Positions 59,121 to 64,000 of a stretch of 64,000 nt of DNA are shown one piece after another. The stretch's first letter is position 1. Each line of letters begins with the position of its first letter. The notes under the pieces are model-generated. The model did no database searches. It saw only the letters and a list, made by a program, of their open reading frames with translations, and was not told the DNA's origin. The position numbers and the translations under genes are program-made. Location of the stretch: positions 124,001 to 188,000 of the IMG/VR virus record IMGVR_UViG_3300030385_002649; one strand, 5' to 3'.

Positions 59121-62026
59121 GATACCCAGTCCTTCATAGCTTCACCAGAACCCTGCTGCAATCTGCGGGATCTTCTTTCTTTAGGCTTAGGTTTTTTCTG
59201 GTGAACGTGCATTTGTTCAAGGGCGTCGGCTGTACGAGCGTTGTCAGGGTCTCGTTTCTCAACAAGTTCCTTCATGTGGGCAGCCATAGTGCCAAGTCTG
59301 TTTAGCATTCTGATATCCCTATCACTAGCGGTATCTTTTCCAAACTGTACTGTATAAACCGGGACAGCGTCTTTCTTGTCACGCTTCTTATCTTTAGCAT
59401 AAGTGACGCTGCGGGCTTTAGACTCAACCCCGATCTTGTCTTGTAAGCTCGGCTTTGAGAAACGCTCCATTAGCGCTTTTTGTCCTACTTGATTTACTCC
59501 AATTTTTTCTTTTTGTCCGGCGATGCGCAATTTAGCCCTAGCGGCTGCAGCTTTTCTTTCATCATCGCTCATGCCATCGGCGCGTTTAGGTTTCAAACCG
59601 CCTTCCTTCTGTCCGCTCCACCAGTCACTAATTTTTTGCATTCCTTCGATAATGAGTCCAATTGGGTTCAATATCGCGAACAAGATCTTCTTAAAGGTTG
59701 CTAGTGGCCCAGAAGCTTTCTTAATTCCTTTAGAAACACCAAACATATCATCTTTAGAATCAGTCAAGCCAAATGCCGATGCGATTTTTTTCACAACAAA
59801 CCATACTGCAGCAAGCGGCGGAGACAACATCGATAACAACGAACCGACAGGCCCAAGAGCGGTTGCTATCTTAACAAAGACCCCAAGAACTGATCCGGCA
59901 ACCTTAAAGACTGTTTTGATAGCAGGAATAATCGTCTTTTTCATCATTGGACGCATAGACTTAAACCACGCGGCCAAGTCTTTAGCTAGAGGAGCTACAG
60001 CTTCTGCGATTACCGGCATGATTTCGCCCATCAGCTGATTCCATGACTGGGTGAGAGTGGCCATTGACTTATCGTAAGATTCTTTTTGTGTAGCTTCTTT
60101 CTGTTTACTGACGAGCATGCTTTGCATCATCGCTTCTCGCTCAGCACCTACCAGGCCCTTCAATTTAGTTTTATAAAGGTTTTGCATGTCTTCATTGATA
60201 CCAAAACGTTTGTACATTCTTTGTTGGATCAGTGCCCCTGCGCCTTCGAAATCTTGCATGACTTTCATTGCGCCTCTAAGCCCTCCTTCTAAGATCTTAG
60301 TCTGATCTCCGTCTACCTTAAATGCTTCATTCAGAGCGCCGCCATAGGCTAACAGCATGACCGTACTAGAACTAGTAAGGTCATTCATGTTTTCAACGAA
60401 TTCTAGTACTCCATCCAAGTCGACTTTAGCTTCACGAGCGGCCCCGGCCAATCCGGCGACGGCCCCGGCGTATTCCTTAGGCTTAGTAGAAGAGAACAAA
60501 GCGCGTTGCTTTTTCAAGCTCTTTGTCAATGTGTTAGTTACTTTATCTAATTGAGCGCCAGACAGCCCGTAAGCTTCTGAAGCCCCAGTAAGCATGCCCA
60601 AAATGGCGGACTGTTTTTCTCCCGTTACGCCAAGTTGGTTCAATTGCATTTGATACTCAGCTGTTGCAGCCGAGCTTGCGCCAGTGGTATGAGCGAACAT
60701 GATGTTCTGTCTACTCAATTCTTTTAGGGCGTCTTGACCTTTGAGCATCTCTCCATTAGCCATCTTGACAGCATCGCCCATACCCTTCACACCAAGACCT
60801 GCAGCCCCGAGCGCATGGACGGCGGCCCTCGCCTTTTCTCCAGTAACTCCTAGTTCGCCAGACAACCTGAATGTAGAACTAGACAATTCCTCAATAGATC
60901 CATTGGTCCGATGAGCGGATTCTCTATAATTCTCCATCATATCAACATTCATCTGGAGTCCTTTCATAACTCCAGCTAACACAACCAATATGATAGCAGC
61001 CGCCGCTACAAATGCCGCCGCCGCCGCTCCTGCTGCTACTCCGCCCGCTGCTCCAAAAGCACTCATAGCAGATGAAGCGCCTTGGGCGCCTCTAGTCGCT
61101 CCACCAAGAGACTTAGTCATATTTCCAATCCCAGAGGCCGCCCCTTTAGTGCTACCCGCAGTGGTTTTTAAAGCCTTGTTCATCTTTCCGGAGATTTTTA
61201 GGTCCTTACCTCTAGCGCCGCCCAGTTTCTTAGTAACTTTCAAAAGATTTTGCGTGTTTTTGATGGAATTGATGTCTATACCATCACCGTCGGACATCCC
61301 TCCTTTTTTGCCCATCGCTGCGAATTTACCGCTTAATTGGCTAGCAGCAGAGTCTAATGCTCCTGATGACTTGCGCGCCATCAGTTCAGCTAGATTCTGT
61401 TTAGCTTTGTCAACAACTGGATTGACAAATGGTTTGATGAATGCGTCGAACCCCCTTTTCATAAGGGCGAAGCCTTCATTGGCTTCTGTAGACCCCATTT
61501 TTAGTGATCCAAACAATCCGTCGAAACCAGTTTTTGCTTTTTGCGTCTTCTCGTTTATCTTAGCGAGGTTTTGTTCATAAGCGCCATAGGTTTGAGAAAC
61601 CCTAGAAACTCCATCTCTAAGGTCGCCATACTGTTTAACTTGCTCCTCGGTGAGAATGTTATCTTCACGGTGACGCTTCAATAAATCGTCAATAGACGTT
61701 CCCAACTGACCGTACTGCTTCATTTGGTCTGCAGTGATGTCAGAAAGACTAGTCTGGCCGTCAGCAGCTGCTCTAACAGCTTTAGCATAATGGTCATATG
61801 TATATTGATTATTCAGAACGGCTTTTTGGTTCGCATCAAGGCCAGCCGCATAACTCATGTTAGCTCTACCTAGCACTTCAAAGGCGCTCACATTACCAGC
61901 GTAGACTTTTTGAGCCTGCCGCATAGTGTCTGTGGCTGAAGTTATAGAGGACTTAACTTTATCGAATCCAGTCGAAGTAGCGGCAAACACCACTTCAGCC
62001 ATCATGTTTCGTTTTTTCTTAGCCAT
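59117..62026 (-). CDS. Tape measure protein
   Basis: 969 aa, A/G/K/M-rich helical with hydrophobic segments, upstream of baseplate genes. Confidence 0.8.
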   Translation of the reverse strand: MAKKKRNMMAEVVFAATSTGFDKVKSSITSATDTMRQAQKVYAGNVSAFEVLGRANMSYAAGLDANQKAVLNNQYTYDHYAKAVRAAADGQTSLSDITADQMKQYGQLGTSIDDLLKRHREDNILTEEQVKQYGDLRDGVSRVSQTYGAYEQNLAKINEKTQKAKTGFDGLFGSLKMGSTEANEGFALMKRGFDAFIKPFVNPVVDKAKQNLAELMARKSSGALDSAASQLSGKFAAMGKKGGMSDGDGIDINSIKNTQNLLKVTKKLGGARGKDLKISGKMNKALKTTAGSTKGAASGIGNMTKSLGGATRGAQGASSAMSAFGAAGGVAAGAAAAAFVAAAAIILVVLAGVMKGLQMNVDMMENYRESAHRTNGSIEELSSSTFRLSGELGVTGEKARAAVHALGAAGLGVKGMGDAVKMANGEMLKGQDALKELSRQNIMFAHTTGASSAATAEYQMQLNQLGVTGEKQSAILGMLTGASEAYGLSGAQLDKVTNTLTKSLKKQRALFSSTKPKEYAGAVAGLAGAAREAKVDLDGVLEFVENMNDLTSSSTVMLLAYGGALNEAFKVDGDQTKILEGGLRGAMKVMQDFEGAGALIQQRMYKRFGINEDMQNLYKTKLKGLVGAEREAMMQSMLVSKQKEATQKESYDKSMATLTQSWNQLMGEIMPVIAEAVAPLAKDLAAWFKSMRPMMKKTIIPAIKTVFKVAGSVLGVFVKIATALGPVGSLLSMLSPPLAAVWFVVKKIASAFGLTDSKDDMFGVSKGIKKASGPLATFKKILFAILNPIGLIIEGMQKISDWWSGQKEGGLKPKRADGMSDDERKAAAARAKLRIAGQKEKIGVNQVGQKALMERFSKPSLQDKIGVESKARSVTYAKDKKRDKKDAVPVYTVQFGKDTASDRDIRMLNRLGTMAAHMKELVEKRDPDNARTADALEQMHVHQKKPKPKERRSRRLQQGSGEAMKDWVS

Positions 62027-63261
62027 TAAACTATTTGCGCCTTAGCATTATAATCGTAACGATACAAATAAAGATCGGTGTACCAGCTGTCAGTTTCCAT
62101 TCTATGGTTGAACCCATTGACTAGCCATTTTCCGCTTAAGAAAAAGTTTTCGTCGTCCAAGTCCTTCCATTCTAGATTTATATAGCCAACCCCTAACTTA
62201 GTTGGATCATCAAACCGATGGTCTCCCAACACGCTAATTCTCATAGCCATAACCATAGGGAGCATATTCAAGTACATGTTTCTAGCTCGTCCGTCTATCC
62301 ATTCATCATATTTCATGCCTATTTCACCAGCACTAAATTCAGGGATAGCAACTATAGATGTGGAGTATTCAGAATCAGACTTTGCAAACCCTCTTTTCTG
62401 ATCGATGCCAACGTTCACTTTTTCGCTTGTGTTTAAGTCTTTTACAACCGTATTCTTAGGATCGGTCTTTTTGTCGATGAATTTACCAGATACGGTTGAA
62501 ATGCCCTGCGTTACAACTTGATTTTGCAGAGCGGTAATATAAGTCGATGATAACATATTCCAGTCTTTAACATCGTTTTTCCCTTTCCCAAACGATGTTG
62601 TATAACATGCTAATAGCTCTGGTTTTAGATCATGTTGCTGCTTGATGACCAATTTTCTGTCAACACTGAAAGTCATCCAGTTCGTTTTTTTCTGCCTAGA
62701 CAGAGATGAGGACCATTCTAACAATGATTGGATAAAAGTTCTAGGATCCTGGCGCATCATGCCCCATTTCCCCTTATCATTATCATCAGTCTTCGTGATT
62801 TCTAGCTTAATCTGGCCTCCAGTGTATTCTTTAACAACTTGAGTTATAACATCGCTAACATTACCGGTATAGACTTTCCCGCTACTGTCGCCAGCATTTA
62901 AAAACCAAGTGGGCGGATCGATCGCAACGAACTCGAACATCCCCTCTGCTGGAGGGCCGAACACGTCCAAGTCGGTGATAAAGGCTACGCGCCTTTTGGC
63001 GACGCTCTTTGGGTTTCCAGCCCAAAATAGTTGAAATGTTACGGGGGTCGGTTCTTTCCGCGCGCTTTGTAGGAAGCTTCCGATTACTCCCGCTTTCTTT
63101 AAAATAGTGAAGTACGGGTCGTACATCCTAGCCTTTAAGACGTATCCGCCGTTTACAGTCGCTTTCCATTCCAATTGTTCAATCGATTTGATCCCTATTT
63201 CAGCGCTAGCTCCGATTGTCATCTTGCACGCTGGTGCCATTGAAATGGTGCGTTCGGACAT
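62026..63261 (-). CDS. Baseplate hub protein (gp27/gpD-like)
   Basis: VSDVI..V, Q....FI..L, ISVLGD, FLSGKWLVNGFNH. Confidence 0.65.
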   Translation of the reverse strand: MSERTISMAPACKMTIGASAEIGIKSIEQLEWKATVNGGYVLKARMYDPYFTILKKAGVIGSFLQSARKEPTPVTFQLFWAGNPKSVAKRRVAFITDLDVFGPPAEGMFEFVAIDPPTWFLNAGDSSGKVYTGNVSDVITQVVKEYTGGQIKLEITKTDDNDKGKWGMMRQDPRTFIQSLLEWSSSLSRQKKTNWMTFSVDRKLVIKQQHDLKPELLACYTTSFGKGKNDVKDWNMLSSTYITALQNQVVTQGISTVSGKFIDKKTDPKNTVVKDLNTSEKVNVGIDQKRGFAKSDSEYSTSIVAIPEFSAGEIGMKYDEWIDGRARNMYLNMLPMVMAMRISVLGDHRFDDPTKLGVGYINLEWKDLDDENFFLSGKWLVNGFNHRMETDSWYTDLYLYRYDYNAKAQIV

Positions 63262-63629
63262 TATTTATTCCATTTCAGTTCAAAAGATCCAGTGGCGGTA
63301 ACGTTTCTGTCTGGTCCCTCGGTTTTGCCAAGACCACTTATAACATTTTCAGAAATGAAAATTGGCCTAATTCCTGGGTATTGTTCTTTAAACCACTTGA
63401 CTCTCTCGTCAACGCCTCGGCTTTCCAGATCGGTAACGTGCCTTTGGACTTTGCTGGTGTCTTGGATTTTAGAGGAGTCGACGCCAACTCTACATTGTTC
63501 TCCAGCGTGGTTCTTTACTCCAAGATCTAAAAATGTGAGACTGCCCGCAGCCAGAGATTTCCAGCTCTGACCTTCGTCCTTGTATTTCTGAGCTTTTTTA
63601 ATTCTCAATTGTATAATTCGGAGTTTCAT
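63261..63629 (-). CDS. Hypothetical protein
   Basis: 122-aa ORF coupled to the hub gene. Confidence 0.5.
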   Translation of the reverse strand: MKLRIIQLRIKKAQKYKDEGQSWKSLAAGSLTFLDLGVKNHAGEQCRVGVDSSKIQDTSKVQRHVTDLESRGVDERVKWFKEQYPGIRPIFISENVISGLGKTEGPDRNVTATGSFELKWNK

Positions 63630-63678
63630 GTTTTATTTTTCATTTATTTATGGCTGGTATTTTACCATTGGTTTCTCT

Positions 63679-64000
63679 ATGAAAAAATTCAGACCAATAA
63701 AATTATCTCCCGAGCAAATCGAAGACTGGGTTGCCAGACATTTCGATTACAAAAAACGGCGAGGAGGCGAAGAGCTATTAATCAACAACCCTTTTATACC
63801 AGGAGATTCAGGGTTTAAGTTTAACATCTCAATGTACCCCAAAGAGAACAAGCACAAAACAACAGGACACTGGGTCCACGATTGGCGTCCTAGTGCCTCG
63901 ATGTACAACGGTAGTTTTATCAAGTTTGTGATGAATTATCGAGGTCTAGACTTCCGATCAGCCCTGAAAGAGGTTTGTGGAGACGACATCGATTTGAAGG
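63679..64000 (+). CDS. Probable DNA primase N-terminus (runs off window end)
   Basis: MKKFRPIK...INNPF..D...FNI...VHDW....GSFIKFVMNYRGLDFRSALKEV resembles the DnaG zinc-binding-domain layout. Confidence 0.55.
   Translation, partial: MKKFRPIKLSPEQIEDWVARHFDYKKRRGGEELLINNPFIPGDSGFKFNISMYPKENKHKTTGHWVHDWRPSASMYNGSFIKFVMNYRGLDFRSALKEVCGDDIDLK

Noticed and set aside
33501-63570. Numerous 60-200 aa plus-strand ORFs opposite head, terminase, RNR and tail genes
   Set aside because: Antisense shadows of well-supported genes with no motifs or RBS (52478-52783 excepted)

Overview
A 64-kb segment of a large T4-like (probably jumbo) contractile-tailed phage genome, standard genetic code, densely coding and mostly on the minus strand. 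It holds a T4-type head/packaging module (probable small terminase, large terminase with two inteins, portal gp20, a 1106-aa acidic prohead protein, protease gp21, scaffold gp22, major capsid gp23) and a baseplate/tail module (hub, tape measure, gp53-like, gp5 spike, gp25, gp6). There are also paired collagen-containing fibre proteins, a His-motif needle protein, and replication/nucleotide genes (intein-containing UvrD/PcrA, UvsW-like helicase, class II RNR, start of a primase-like gene, gp55-like sigma). Accessory genes include Fe/Mn SOD, a MTase-GT2-TPR-GT9 fusion, a mannose-6-phosphate isomerase cupin, a T5 A1-like nuclease, GIY-YIG, a SLOG/MoCo-carrier protein, a TROVE/Ro60 protein and a collagen/poly-Asp lipoprotein. 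Most notable: (1) the Ro60/TROVE locus with two mutually related structured-RNA candidates upstream, one carrying the bacterial Y-RNA GNCGAANG motif; (2) an AT-rich HTH + PD-(D/E)XK endonuclease + DNA methyltransferase fusion inserted behind the capsid gene; (3) an ADP-ribosyltransferase-like domain appended to the gp5 spike; (4) a recurrent CAAANATA candidate late promoter. No CRISPR array, rRNA or full tRNA was seen. All family calls are motif recognition by eye, not database searches.
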